Positions 26,513 through 34,731 of a stretch of DNA of 42,167 nt are shown in pieces. The translations under genes were made by a program, and so were the position numbers. The stretch is from a virus (lineage: Duplodnaviria; Caudoviricetes). The notes beneath the pieces were generated by a model that saw nothing but the letters and a program-made list of their open reading frames with translations, searched no databases and was not told the origin of the DNA. Within the stretch, counting starts at the first letter, position 1; each line of letters begins with the position of its first letter. The stretch spans positions 1-42,167 of the IMG/VR virus record IMGVR_UViG_3300033067_000811; one strand, 5' to 3'.

Positions 26513-27288
26513 TAATACCCCGTGACGCCGAGACTCACCGAGCGATAGGTGTTAACCCCCATGTTGACCGGCTCCACGTCCCGATCGGTCCACACGAAAC
26601 CCACGTCGGTGGTGATTTTGGAGGGGTTGCCGGCGATGAAGAACGGATTAAGCGGAAGCGTGAGCGCGAAGGGCTCGAAATAGGAATCATACCAGGAGGC
26701 GGTGAGCAAATTCCACTCGTAGGTGGTCGCCACCGCCCGGCGCTTGATGATGCGGCCGAGCCACTGGCCCGTTTCCGAAAACTGCTGTTGCGCCTCGGTG
26801 ATGCGGTTGAGGTTGAGGGGCTTGTGCCCGCCATAGAGGGGAATGGGCATCTGCAAGGCTTGCCCCGCCCGAATGATGCCGATCGCCACATCCGAGCCAT
26901 CGGAAACAACGAGTTTCACCTCGCGCACCGTGTAGGGCACGCCTGAATTGTTGAACAGGACACAGATTGACGAGTTGTCCGTGGGGGTGATGGTGCGGCG
27001 GGTGGTATAGGGGCCGCCGACGGCCGCCGCCGTCTGCACGTCGATCGATTTGCCCGAGAGGTTATGCGCGGCGATGAACAGGCAATCCACCGAGGCATCG
27101 GCCGCCGTGGTGATGAGCCAGGACTGCGAGCCCGGCGCGAGGAGCCACCGCTGCGAGGTGTAGTCGTTGGCGGCATAGTCGGGATTCGTCCCGTCGCCGG
27201 TGACGGTGCCGGTGATCGGCGCATAGAGAATGCGCGCGTGGTTGAGCGGGTAGTTGGCGCCGACGGTATATCCCGAGGTGTCGATCAT
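26509..27288 (-). CDS. Distal tail-like protein
   Basis: Position between tape measure and hub. IAAHNL motif, 259 aa. Confidence 0.6.
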   Translation of the reverse strand: MIDTSGYTVGANYPLNHARILYAPITGTVTGDGTNPDYAANDYTSQRWLLAPGSQSWLITTAADASVDCLFIAAHNLSGKSIDVQTAAAVGGPYTTRRTITPTDNSSICVLFNNSGVPYTVREVKLVVSDGSDVAIGIIRAGQALQMPIPLYGGHKPLNLNRITEAQQQFSETGQWLGRIIKRRAVATTYEWNLLTASWYDSYFEPFALTLPLNPFFIAGNPSKITTDVGFVWTDRDVEPVNMGVNTYRSVSLGVTGYY

Positions 27289-27896
27289 TAGGGGATGGTC
27301 CCTGCCGCGGTGATGATCCAGCTAGAGCCGTCGGATTGAATGTCGGCCCACGCGCCGATGGTGGCCGGGAGAATGGCCGAGGTCGCCGCGCCGCCGCCTT
27401 TCTGCACCACGTTGCTTGAGGCGGAATTCACAAGCTGCGCCTGCCGCGTGATGATTCTCAGGATGCGGCCGGTGAAGGACGCCGCCGCCGGAAGGGTGAG
27501 GGTGTTGGTGGCCGCCCGGTTGTTGATGATGACGTTATCGGTCGCGCCCACCGTGTAATTGGTGGTGACGGTGACGGGGGCGTTTGTGGCAAACGAGCCG
27601 TTGACGTGCATCTTTGCCGTGGGCGTGGCCGTGCCGATGCCGATGCGATCGGTGGAGGCATCGAGGAAGAACAGATTTTGATCGGTGTCGCCCTCCATGC
27701 GCTGGTCGATATCGGCGCCGGCATCATTCCACACATTGGCGCCGACGAAGGCCGCCGCCGGAATGTTCTTGAAAAGCTCGGCGCGCGTCTGCTTTTTCGT
27801 CTCGGTGGCGCTCACGTCATTGACAACGTATTCATCCGTGGTCGCCGTGTTGGCGCCGGTAAGGGCGGTGAGGGCCGAAATCTTTTTGTTCGCCAA
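27288..27896 (-). CDS. Short fibre-like structural protein
   Basis: N-terminal ANKKISALT...TKK, RIGIGTATPTAKMHVNG shaft repeat, C-terminal TLTLPAAA...SDGSSWII head. TTG start with GAGG SD. Confidence 0.7.
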   Translation of the reverse strand: MANKKISALTALTGANTATTDEYVVNDVSATETKKQTRAELFKNIPAAAFVGANVWNDAGADIDQRMEGDTDQNLFFLDASTDRIGIGTATPTAKMHVNGSFATNAPVTVTTNYTVGATDNVIINNRAATNTLTLPAAASFTGRILRIITRQAQLVNSASSNVVQKGGGAATSAILPATIGAWADIQSDGSSWIITAAGTIP

Positions 27897-27908
27897 GGTT
27901 GTATCCTC

Positions 27909-29618
27909 TTATGCGATCACGCCGCGGATTTGGCCGCCATTGCGCTGAGTGGCGTTCAACTGGTCGATGAACTGGCGGGCGAACTTCTCGCCAAAGCCCA
28001 TCGGGTCATTCACCAGCGTGAACGAGAAGGTGGTCAAGGGCTGGGCCTTGGCGGGTGCAGCCGCCGCCGCGCCGCCGCCCCGGCCACCACCACCACCGCC
28101 CCCACCTCCGCCGCCCCCGCCGCCGCCCTCGGTGACGCCCTTGATCGCGGCAACCGCGGCCAAGCCTTTGGCCATAACCACCGCATAGGCCGCGAACTTG
28201 GAGGCGGGATCAACAAGCGCAGGGTTTTTCATGGCATCAACGGCGGCCTGTATCGTCGCTACAATCGCCTGTGCCGCGGCCATCGCCTTTGATATCTTGA
28301 GGAGTTTCTTGCCGCCCGTTTGTGCGGCCGAGGCCATGGAGCCGAAGAATTCATATGCAGCGCCGAGGTCTCGATCGAGGCGATCCTGCTGCAACTGCGA
28401 AAGCGCCTGCTGGTGTTCCTCCGCCAGCTTGCGCGATAGGTCGTAATAGGTCTGTTCCGTGATGAGCTTGTTATTGAGCGCGTTTTGCAGCGCATTCCGG
28501 TCCTCGTCATATTGCGCCTGGATCGTTTCCGCTTCCGTCTGCAAGCCCTCTTGAATGGCCTTGAGGCGGTCCACGAAATACATGCCCACCTCTTGCGAGG
28601 GGGCGACACCCGGCACCACTTCCTTTTGCTTGTCGCCGGTGTCGGGAAGGCGCGGCGCCGTGGTGGGGCCGTTCACGCTGTCGAGGAGCGATTGCGCATC
28701 GCCGGGGTTGGCCTTGAAGCGCCCCGGTGTGAGGAGCACGCCGCCAAGGTCGCCCTTGGGGGCGGCCATGCCGTCAATCACGCCGAGCTTTTCAAGGACG
28801 CCGGCCAACGCCTCGATTTCCTTGCGCGTGGTGGCAATGCGGGGATCGAGTCCCTCGAACCACGTTGCCATGCGCTGAAACCAATCGCCCACCGACATTC
28901 CCGTGTCGGCCAAGTCAAGGAACCGCTCGGTGAGGTCGATCAGCGTGGGGAGGAGCGGGGCCACGATCGATTGGGTGAGACCCTGGATTCCGGTCTGTAG
29001 GCGCGTGAGGTTGTCGTTGAAGGTCTCGGCCGAGCGCGCCGCATCGCCCGAGATCACCACCCCGAGGCGCCGGGCCTCCTCGGTCATGGCCGAAATGCCC
29101 GAGCGCCCCGAGTTGAGGAGCGGGATCAACTGAGCGCCCGAGCGCCCGAAAATGTCCATGGCGATGGCGGTCTTGCCGGCGCCGTCCTTCATGTTGGCGA
29201 AGGCGTCGGCCACGTCGGAAAACACCTCGTCGGCGGCGCGGAGATTGCCGGCGGCGTCGGTCGCCTTGATGCCAAGCGCCTCAAGCCCGTTGGAACCCGC
29301 TTCCATGTTCTTGGAAAGCTGCTGGAGTCCAACCTGTAGCTCGCCCAGGGAAACGTCGGAGAGCTTGGCGGCATAGGAGAGGCCGGAAAGCGCCTCGGTG
29401 GTCACGCCCACCTTTTGCGAGAGCTTGCCGATATCGTCGGCGTAGTCGATTGCCGCCCGGCCGGCGGCCACGAAGGCCGACACGGTGAGCCCGGCGGTGA
29501 GCGAGGCCGCCGCCCCCTTGGCGAAGGACGCGAGCGAGGCTTGCGCCTTGTCGAGCCCCCGCGTGAGGCCCGAGGTGTCGGCGCCGATCTCGACCGTGAT
29601 GCCGTTTACCCGCGCCAC
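27909..29618 (-). CDS. Tail tape measure protein
   Basis: VEIGADTSGL, Ala-rich helical, IFGRSGAQLIPLLN. Follows the chaperone genes. Confidence 0.9.
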   Translation of the reverse strand: MARVNGITVEIGADTSGLTRGLDKAQASLASFAKGAAASLTAGLTVSAFVAAGRAAIDYADDIGKLSQKVGVTTEALSGLSYAAKLSDVSLGELQVGLQQLSKNMEAGSNGLEALGIKATDAAGNLRAADEVFSDVADAFANMKDGAGKTAIAMDIFGRSGAQLIPLLNSGRSGISAMTEEARRLGVVISGDAARSAETFNDNLTRLQTGIQGLTQSIVAPLLPTLIDLTERFLDLADTGMSVGDWFQRMATWFEGLDPRIATTRKEIEALAGVLEKLGVIDGMAAPKGDLGGVLLTPGRFKANPGDAQSLLDSVNGPTTAPRLPDTGDKQKEVVPGVAPSQEVGMYFVDRLKAIQEGLQTEAETIQAQYDEDRNALQNALNNKLITEQTYYDLSRKLAEEHQQALSQLQQDRLDRDLGAAYEFFGSMASAAQTGGKKLLKISKAMAAAQAIVATIQAAVDAMKNPALVDPASKFAAYAVVMAKGLAAVAAIKGVTEGGGGGGGGGGGGGGGRGGGAAAAAPAKAQPLTTFSFTLVNDPMGFGEKFARQFIDQLNATQRNGGQIRGVIA

Positions 29619-29863
29619 TACAGAAGCCCTTTCAGTTCCTCTACCTCCGCCAGGGTGAGATTGCCGGCGAAGCGTTCATTTTTCTCGGCGGGGGCCTTCA
29701 ACTCGTATTCAGTCCACCATTCCGAGATCGTCATTTCCCAAAACTCCGAGGGTTGGATGCCCCACTCCCTCGCCCATAGATACATGCCGTCCCAATCTAG
29801 GCGCCCGATCTCTCCGCCCTCGCCGGGCTCGCCGCCTCCCCGGTTTGGGCGTCGGGATTTTTT
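29618..29863 (-). CDS. gpGT-like extension reached by -1 programmed frameshift
   Basis: In-frame slippery A AAA AAT at 29863-29857. The -1 frame reads ...LDWDGMYLWAREWGIQPSEFWEMTISEW... to TAG at 29618. Confidence 0.8.
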   Translation of the reverse strand, partial: KKSRRPNRGGGEPGEGGEIGRLDWDGMYLWAREWGIQPSEFWEMTISEWWTEYELKAPAEKNERFAGNLTLAEVEELKGLL

Positions 29864-30168
29864 GGCTCGCCATCCCCCGGCGCGAAGGCTTGCAGCACCA
29901 CGCCGATCATCGCCGTCACGTCCTCCTGTTTGCCGCGGATCAACTCGGCATAGGCGTCATCATCCGTGACCTTGGCCCCCGCCGATTGCAGGATGCGGGC
30001 GAGCACGAAAGCGATGTGCGAGAGGGGCGGCCTCCCCTGCGAGGTGCGCACCGCAATGTCGGTGAGCGAAATCTCGCCCATTTCGATCGAGCGCATGAGG
30101 CGCATGGAGGGGGTGAATCGGTATTCCTGCCCCCGCCAGTTGATGATTAGCTCGCGGAAAACGCTCAA
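29797..30168 (-). CDS. Tail assembly chaperone (gpG-like)
   Basis: Between tail tube and tape measure, contains the slippery site (EPKN). TTG start with AGGAG SD. Confidence 0.8.
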   Translation of the reverse strand: MSVFRELIINWRGQEYRFTPSMRLMRSIEMGEISLTDIAVRTSQGRPPLSHIAFVLARILQSAGAKVTDDDAYAELIRGKQEDVTAMIGVVLQAFAPGDGEPKNPDAQTGEAASPARAERSGA

Positions 30169-30179
30169 GAGGTCTCCTC

Positions 30180-30563
30180 TCAGGTAAAGGTGATCTGGCC
30201 GGAACTCTGGATCGTCGCGGTGAACGTCACCGCGTCGGCCTGTTCGCCGGTGAGGGCGAACGAGGCGAGGAAGAAATCGCCCGAGAATGACCCGATGCCG
30301 AGAACTTCAAGGGTGTAAGCCTCAAGAAGCGCCGAGCCGGTGCCGACGGCGAGGGCGAGGAAGGTGGAATCGTTGGTCACGCCCTGCACTTCGCAATCGA
30401 TCGAGCGCACGCCCGCATCTGCGAGATAGGTGCGCCAGCCGGAATCATCCTTGTCCGTGATGTCGATCGGTTCATTGTTGATGGTGAGGGAGTCGGTGCG
30501 CGCGCCGGCAATGGGCGTGGAACCACGCTTGATGCGGAGCTTGCGGCCTGAAATTGCAGCCAT
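30180..30563 (-). CDS. Tail tube protein (short paralog)
   Basis: INNEPIDITDKDDSGWRTYL..AGVRS...FTATIQSSG, TP901-1/GTA-type tube motif. Confidence 0.88.
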   Translation of the reverse strand: MAAISGRKLRIKRGSTPIAGARTDSLTINNEPIDITDKDDSGWRTYLADAGVRSIDCEVQGVTNDSTFLALAVGTGSALLEAYTLEVLGIGSFSGDFFLASFALTGEQADAVTFTATIQSSGQITFT

Positions 30564-30579
30564 GATGATCGATCCTTTC

Positions 30580-31260
30580 TTAGGTCACAGGTCCGCGGAT
30601 GTTGGAATAGGCGACGGTTGAGCCCACGGAATTGGTGGCGGTGACGCGGCACCGGAGATATTTTCCGGCGTCGTCGCCGGTGAGCACGTAGGTGGTGCCG
30701 GTCGCCGCGGCGATGTCGGTCCACCGCGGGTCGTTGGGATCGGAGGTTACGCAACGCTGCCACTGGCGCGCATAGGTGATGGTCGCATCGCCCGCCCATG
30801 TGCCATTGGTGGTCGTTTGGGTGTTGGTGCCCGAGAGCGTGCCGGAAATCGCCGGCGCAACCGTGTTATAGGGCCCGATCGTCACGACAACGCCCTCGCC
30901 GCTTTCGAGCGTGGCGGTGAAGGTCACAACGTCGGCCTGTTCCGCGCCAAGCTGCACGCCCTGGAGCATGAAATCCCCGGTGAGGGTGCCGATCCCGTCA
31001 ACCGTCACGATGCATTCGGTGAGGAGAAGCGTCTCGGCATCGCCCACCGCATCCACGAGGAGATCGTCATCCTTCAAGACGCCCTGCACCTCGCAGGAAA
31101 TGGAGCGCACCCCGGCATCGGCAAGAAGTGTCCTCCACCCGCCGTCGTCCTTGTCAGTTATGTCGATTGGCTCATTATTGATCGTGACGCTATCGGTGCG
31201 GGCGCCGACGATGTTAACGCCGTTCCGATTGATACGCAGCGCGCGGCCCGAAAGCGCCAT
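30580..31260 (-). CDS. Tail tube protein paralog with C-terminal Ig-like domain
   Basis: Same tube motif, plus NTVAPAISG...GTW...YARQWQRC...I..ATGTTY.L...D.GK.LRCRVTATN. Confidence 0.88.
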   Translation of the reverse strand: MALSGRALRINRNGVNIVGARTDSVTINNEPIDITDKDDGGWRTLLADAGVRSISCEVQGVLKDDDLLVDAVGDAETLLLTECIVTVDGIGTLTGDFMLQGVQLGAEQADVVTFTATLESGEGVVVTIGPYNTVAPAISGTLSGTNTQTTTNGTWAGDATITYARQWQRCVTSDPNDPRWTDIAAATGTTYVLTGDDAGKYLRCRVTATNSVGSTVAYSNIRGPVT

Positions 31261-31302
31261 CACTCACACCTCACAACTAAGCAACACCATATCATGGCGC
31301 TC

Positions 31303-31731
31303 TCAAGTTAGCCACAGGACACGATAGAGAATGAGCGCGCGCTTCGTCTTGCCGTCGGGATCGCGCGCAAATGTGACCGACTCCAACTCGGTGGTGATGT
31401 GGGTGGCGCCGGAAATGCTCAAGGCTTGCCGGCGGAGGCGCGCGTCGATCGCATCGCAAACCGCCTTGAGGTCGAGCATGGAGGTGGCGCGGTCCCACAC
31501 GTCGATCTGCACGATGGCGGAACCACCCGGCGCGTCCTTGGTGTCATATGGCGTGATGGTATCCGCACCGATGACCACGATGGGGAAGTCTGATTCCTTC
31601 TCGGGATCGGCCGCTTGCGGAATGTCGGTGAAGATCGCCGCGAGAGGCGCATAGGCCGTCGAGAGAAGCGAGGTGAGGCTCGTGTCGTTGAGGCGGGTAA
31701 ACACCGCCTGTTGCAACGCGGCGGATTTCAT
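31303..31731 (-). CDS. Tail terminator (DUF3168-like)
   Basis: ALQQAVFTRL, FP.VVIG, QIDVW, and position. Confidence 0.8.
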   Translation of the reverse strand: MKSAALQQAVFTRLNDTSLTSLLSTAYAPLAAIFTDIPQAADPEKESDFPIVVIGADTITPYDTKDAPGGSAIVQIDVWDRATSMLDLKAVCDAIDARLRRQALSISGATHITTELESVTFARDPDGKTKRALILYRVLWLT

Positions 31732-32189
31732 GGGCGGCCCCCTCTCGCGCGGGCGATGACCTTTGCAACGCGGGCCTCAAGCCGCGGCGCGGCGCGCTCG
31801 GCGGCCGGGGTCCACGAGGGGCGCGGCTCCATCTTCCACGTCCCGAACTCAAGGTGAAATGCGTATTCCAGCCGGGAGCCGATCGCCGCCGTCATGGGCG
31901 AGAGCTTGGTGATGTAGGTGGATGAGACGAGCGCGCCCGTGTCGGTGGCCGGGGCCTCGCCGGGGGCCGATGCCCGGTGATTGATCTTGCCGCCCTTGCC
32001 GCGCTTGTAGATTTCGCCGGTCTTGGGCGGGCCTTGAATCTGCTTCCGCACGTCGGTGAGCATTTCGAGGGCGGAGGCCATCACCGCCTTTCCGATCCCC
32101 TCCTCGACGCCCCTGCCATAGGCGCGGATCGCGGCGCGCACCTCGTCCACGCCCCTGATCTGCACGGTGATGGGGTTGGCCTGGCTCAT
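31728..32189 (-). CDS. HK97 gp10-like tail completion protein
   Basis: HRASAPGEAPATDTG.L..S, YA.HLEFGT.KM.PRP. Confidence 0.88.
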   Translation of the reverse strand: MSQANPITVQIRGVDEVRAAIRAYGRGVEEGIGKAVMASALEMLTDVRKQIQGPPKTGEIYKRGKGGKINHRASAPGEAPATDTGALVSSTYITKLSPMTAAIGSRLEYAFHLEFGTWKMEPRPSWTPAAERAAPRLEARVAKVIARARGGRP

Positions 32190-32536
32190 GCCGCAACGCC
32201 CCCGTCAACGTCGATTTGCAGCCACTTGTCCGCGAACTCGATGTTGTCGATATATCGGATATTGTGCACCCGATCCCTGATCTTCACCCGGTCGGATTCC
32301 TTGAGGTTGGATGTGTAGCGCACCACGAGGCGGAGCCGCACGATGGCCTCGGTGCGCTCGGAGGCGTAGCGCTCGGAACCGCCCACCGGCATCACCGCGG
32401 CATAGGTGGGGGCCCCCGCGATCGCCGCCCACGACTCGGTTTGGCCCCCTGCCCCGTCGCTCGTGAGCGTGCGGCGCTCGAACGTCACCGGCTCCTTGAG
32501 CCGCCCGGCGTGGAATTCGCAGCACCGGAGCGCCAT
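32186..32536 (-). CDS. Head closure protein (SPP1 gp16-like)
   Basis: GRLKEPVTFER...DGAGG...W, G.ERY, VRY, NIRYI. Confidence 0.88.
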   Translation of the reverse strand: MALRCCEFHAGRLKEPVTFERRTLTSDGAGGQTESWAAIAGAPTYAAVMPVGGSERYASERTEAIVRLRLVVRYTSNLKESDRVKIRDRVHNIRYIDNIEFADKWLQIDVDGGVAA

Positions 32537-32537
32537 G

Positions 32538-33209
32538 TCACAGCCCCATGGGCTTGTATCGGGCCATGATCGCCTCGGCGCCCGATGCCCGGTAGGCATC
32601 CGCCGGGTCGCATTCGTCACCCCTGTGGGAATGGTTGTAGGCGGCAAGCTGCTTGACGGCGCGCTTCAAGGGCGGCGGCACGTTGGCGGCGGAGGTGTAG
32701 CCGGCCACGAATATGATCTCGATGGCGTTGGCGGCGCGAAGCCCGATCGGCCATGTCTGCCCCGCCTTCAAGGTCATGCGGCCGGGGATGCTGTAGGGGT
32801 CCACGTCGAAGGTGTCGGCCACCGTCACCGACGTTTCGTTGCTGGCCTCGTCATAGACCTTCACCGATGTCACCGAGGCGAGCGGCCAGCGCGGCAAGGC
32901 GATCGAGCGCTGTGCATTGGAATAGAGTTCCGCGATCGAGCCGTCGCGCGTGCCATCCCACCATGATTCACCCCCCGCCGGCCAGCGGTCGAGGGCGAGG
33001 CGCCAGGATTGGGTGAGCATGGCAACGCCGGTGCGCGTCTCGATCTCGCTCCGCGCGTCGGTGATGTAGGCGGCTGCGTCGGGGAATTCCGCCGGCGTGG
33101 TGCGCATATGGAGGTGAAGCTCGGCCGCCGTCACCGGCTCGACGGTGGGCGCCACCGAGAGCGCGAGGCCACGGTGCTGGTTGAGCGGGTAAGGGGTGCG
33201 CAGCGACAT
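32538..33209 (-). CDS. Head-tail connector (gp6/gp15-like)
   Basis: EPVT.AEL.LHMR, E..TG...LTQSW, VP.PLK.AV..L.A..H.HR. Confidence 0.88.
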   Translation of the reverse strand: MSLRTPYPLNQHRGLALSVAPTVEPVTAAELHLHMRTTPAEFPDAAAYITDARSEIETRTGVAMLTQSWRLALDRWPAGGESWWDGTRDGSIAELYSNAQRSIALPRWPLASVTSVKVYDEASNETSVTVADTFDVDPYSIPGRMTLKAGQTWPIGLRAANAIEIIFVAGYTSAANVPPPLKRAVKQLAAYNHSHRGDECDPADAYRASGAEAIMARYKPMGL

Positions 33210-33454
33210 CAGGCGGCCTCCACCTTGCGCGGCCGGCCGGGGCGGCGGGGCTGCGGCGCGTCCGCGTCCCTGGCCTCGGCCTTGATCTCGGGCGGCGCCA
33301 CGATCTTGGTGTCGAGCACGGGCGCGATGAGCGTTCCCGCCCCGTCATGCAGCGCCATGGCGGCCACCGGGCCCGTCACGATGAGCCCGGCCCGGTAAGG
33401 GAACTGGCCCCACTCGGGGGGCGGCGTGTAATCGCGGGTGAGCCTCACTTGCAT
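33209..33454 (-). CDS. Small hypothetical head-region protein
   Basis: GGAGGG SD, RRPGRPRK tail, TGATG coupling. Confidence 0.7.
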   Translation of the reverse strand: MQVRLTRDYTPPPEWGQFPYRAGLIVTGPVAAMALHDGAGTLIAPVLDTKIVAPPEIKAEARDADAPQPRRPGRPRKVEAA

Positions 33455-34230
33455 GTGTCGCCCTCCACCAAGCGGTTGGGATGGCGGGAATGATCATAGC
33501 GGCGCTCGACCTCGGCGGCCGAGGGGGCGGGCTTCTCCTCGAAACGCACCCTTACGCCGCCATCTTCCCGAGTCTCGAGGAACACATCGGCGCAATCGTA
33601 GCCATAGAGCCGTTCCGCCTCGGGCGCGCAGGCATCGAGGAGCGAGGATTGCTCGGGCACGGTGATCTCGATGCCACGGGCGGCGGCGATGCCGAGCCAG
33701 AACTCGACGCATGCCCGCCCCTGTTCCGCCTTGTGGGCATTGGGGAGGGTGTAGTCGATGCCGAACAGCGAGATTTTCTTGACGCCGATGTGCACCGCAT
33801 AGGCCACCGCATAGGCGGCGGTCGAGTTGAAATAGGGTGCACCGCCGTTGCCGTCGTGCTTGGCGTTGAGCACGTCCTCCAAGGGGAAGGCCACGAGGCC
33901 GGGATAGCCGGGGCGCGGTATCGAGGTGTAGACGGGGCCGGGATGGGTCTTGAGCCAGCGCACCATGGCCGCGATGTTGGACATGGGCCGCTCCTTGGCG
34001 CGGGCCTCCTGCACGAGGAGGTCATCCATGTGGAACACCCGGTCGCAGCGGAGCACATCGCCCATGGCATTGATGCCCCACACCTCGTCACAATAGGCGG
34101 AGGCCCCGCCCATGCCTTTGGCCAGTTCAAAGAACACCGAGCATGAGGGGCCGAGGCCGATGATCGCGACATGAGCCGGTGCGGGTTTGCTTGCGTGGTC
34201 GCGCCGGATGCCCGAAACATCCGGCGCCAC
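33445..34230 (-). CDS. Maf/sialyltransferase-like (GT29/GT42-type Rossmann) protein inserted in the head module
   Basis: VAIIGLGPS, VWGIN, D..FHMD, NSTAAYAVAYAVHIGVKKISLFGIDY. Start GTG 34230 is uncertain. Confidence 0.65.
   Translation of the reverse strand: MAPDVSGIRRDHASKPAPAHVAIIGLGPSCSVFFELAKGMGGASAYCDEVWGINAMGDVLRCDRVFHMDDLLVQEARAKERPMSNIAAMVRWLKTHPGPVYTSIPRPGYPGLVAFPLEDVLNAKHDGNGGAPYFNSTAAYAVAYAVHIGVKKISLFGIDYTLPNAHKAEQGRACVEFWLGIAAARGIEITVPEQSSLLDACAPEAERLYGYDCADVFLETREDGGVRVRFEEKPAPSAAEVERRYDHSRHPNRLVEGDTCK
34201..34227 (-). promoter_or_regulatory. 10-bp perfect hairpin just after the putative start of the Maf-like gene
   Basis: GCGCCGGATG-CCCGAAA-CATCCGGCGC with no U-tract. Confidence 0.5.
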
Positions 34231-34261
34231 CTGTCTCTTTCTGTTCCTCAGAGTCACGCGC

Positions 34262-34666
34262 TTACGACTGCGGGCGAACCGAGGGGGCGCCGAGAACAGC
34301 CACCGCGCCCACAAGCGCCGTGGCGGTGCCCACACCGTAGAGCCTGATCTTGAGATAGCGCTTGTTGCCGATGTAGCCCACCCGTCCCGACTTTGCGGCG
34401 GTGAGCGTGAGGGCCGCCTCGGTGCCGAGGAGATCAGCCGCCGCCACCGAGGTGAACGAGCCGTTGGTGGTATCGGCCTCAAGGATCACCGGCGTGATGG
34501 TGTCAGCCACCGAGGCCGAGGCGCCCGAGGAATAGATGAACTCCACCGTCTCGAAGCCGCGGCGATCGAGAACGGAAGAAAGCCGGCCGTTGGCCGCGCC
34601 GGTGGTGCCGACGGCGGCCGGGGCCAGTGCCGTGAGGATTGAAATATTGTTGTGCATGTCGCGCAT
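34262..34666 (-). CDS. Capsid decoration/cement-like protein
   Basis: Immediately after the capsid gene. LDRRGFE, GYIGNKRYLKI, Ala/Thr-rich beta protein. Confidence 0.7.
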   Translation of the reverse strand: MRDMHNNISILTALAPAAVGTTGAANGRLSSVLDRRGFETVEFIYSSGASASVADTITPVILEADTTNGSFTSVAAADLLGTEAALTLTAAKSGRVGYIGNKRYLKIRLYGVGTATALVGAVAVLGAPSVRPQS

Positions 34667-34701
34667 GGGTCATTTCCCTTGGAAGGATGAGGAGGAGAAG
34701 G

Positions 34702-34725
34702 GGCGGGCGGTGGTGGCCGCCCGCC
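34702..34725 (-). terminator. Hairpin after the major capsid gene (partial terminator or mRNA stabiliser)
   Basis: 9-bp stem GGCGGGCGG/CCGCCCGCC followed by a pyrimidine tract on the minus strand. Confidence 0.55.
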
Positions 34726-34731
34726 TCAAGA

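Noticed and set aside
20057-27896. Diversity-generating retroelement or invertase shufflon acting on fibres
   Set aside because: No reverse transcriptase, invertase or TR/VR repeat pair was seen.
28060-28130. Poly-Gly microsatellite / contingency locus in the tape measure gene
   Set aside because: Mixed Gly codons in frame; an ordinary flexible linker.
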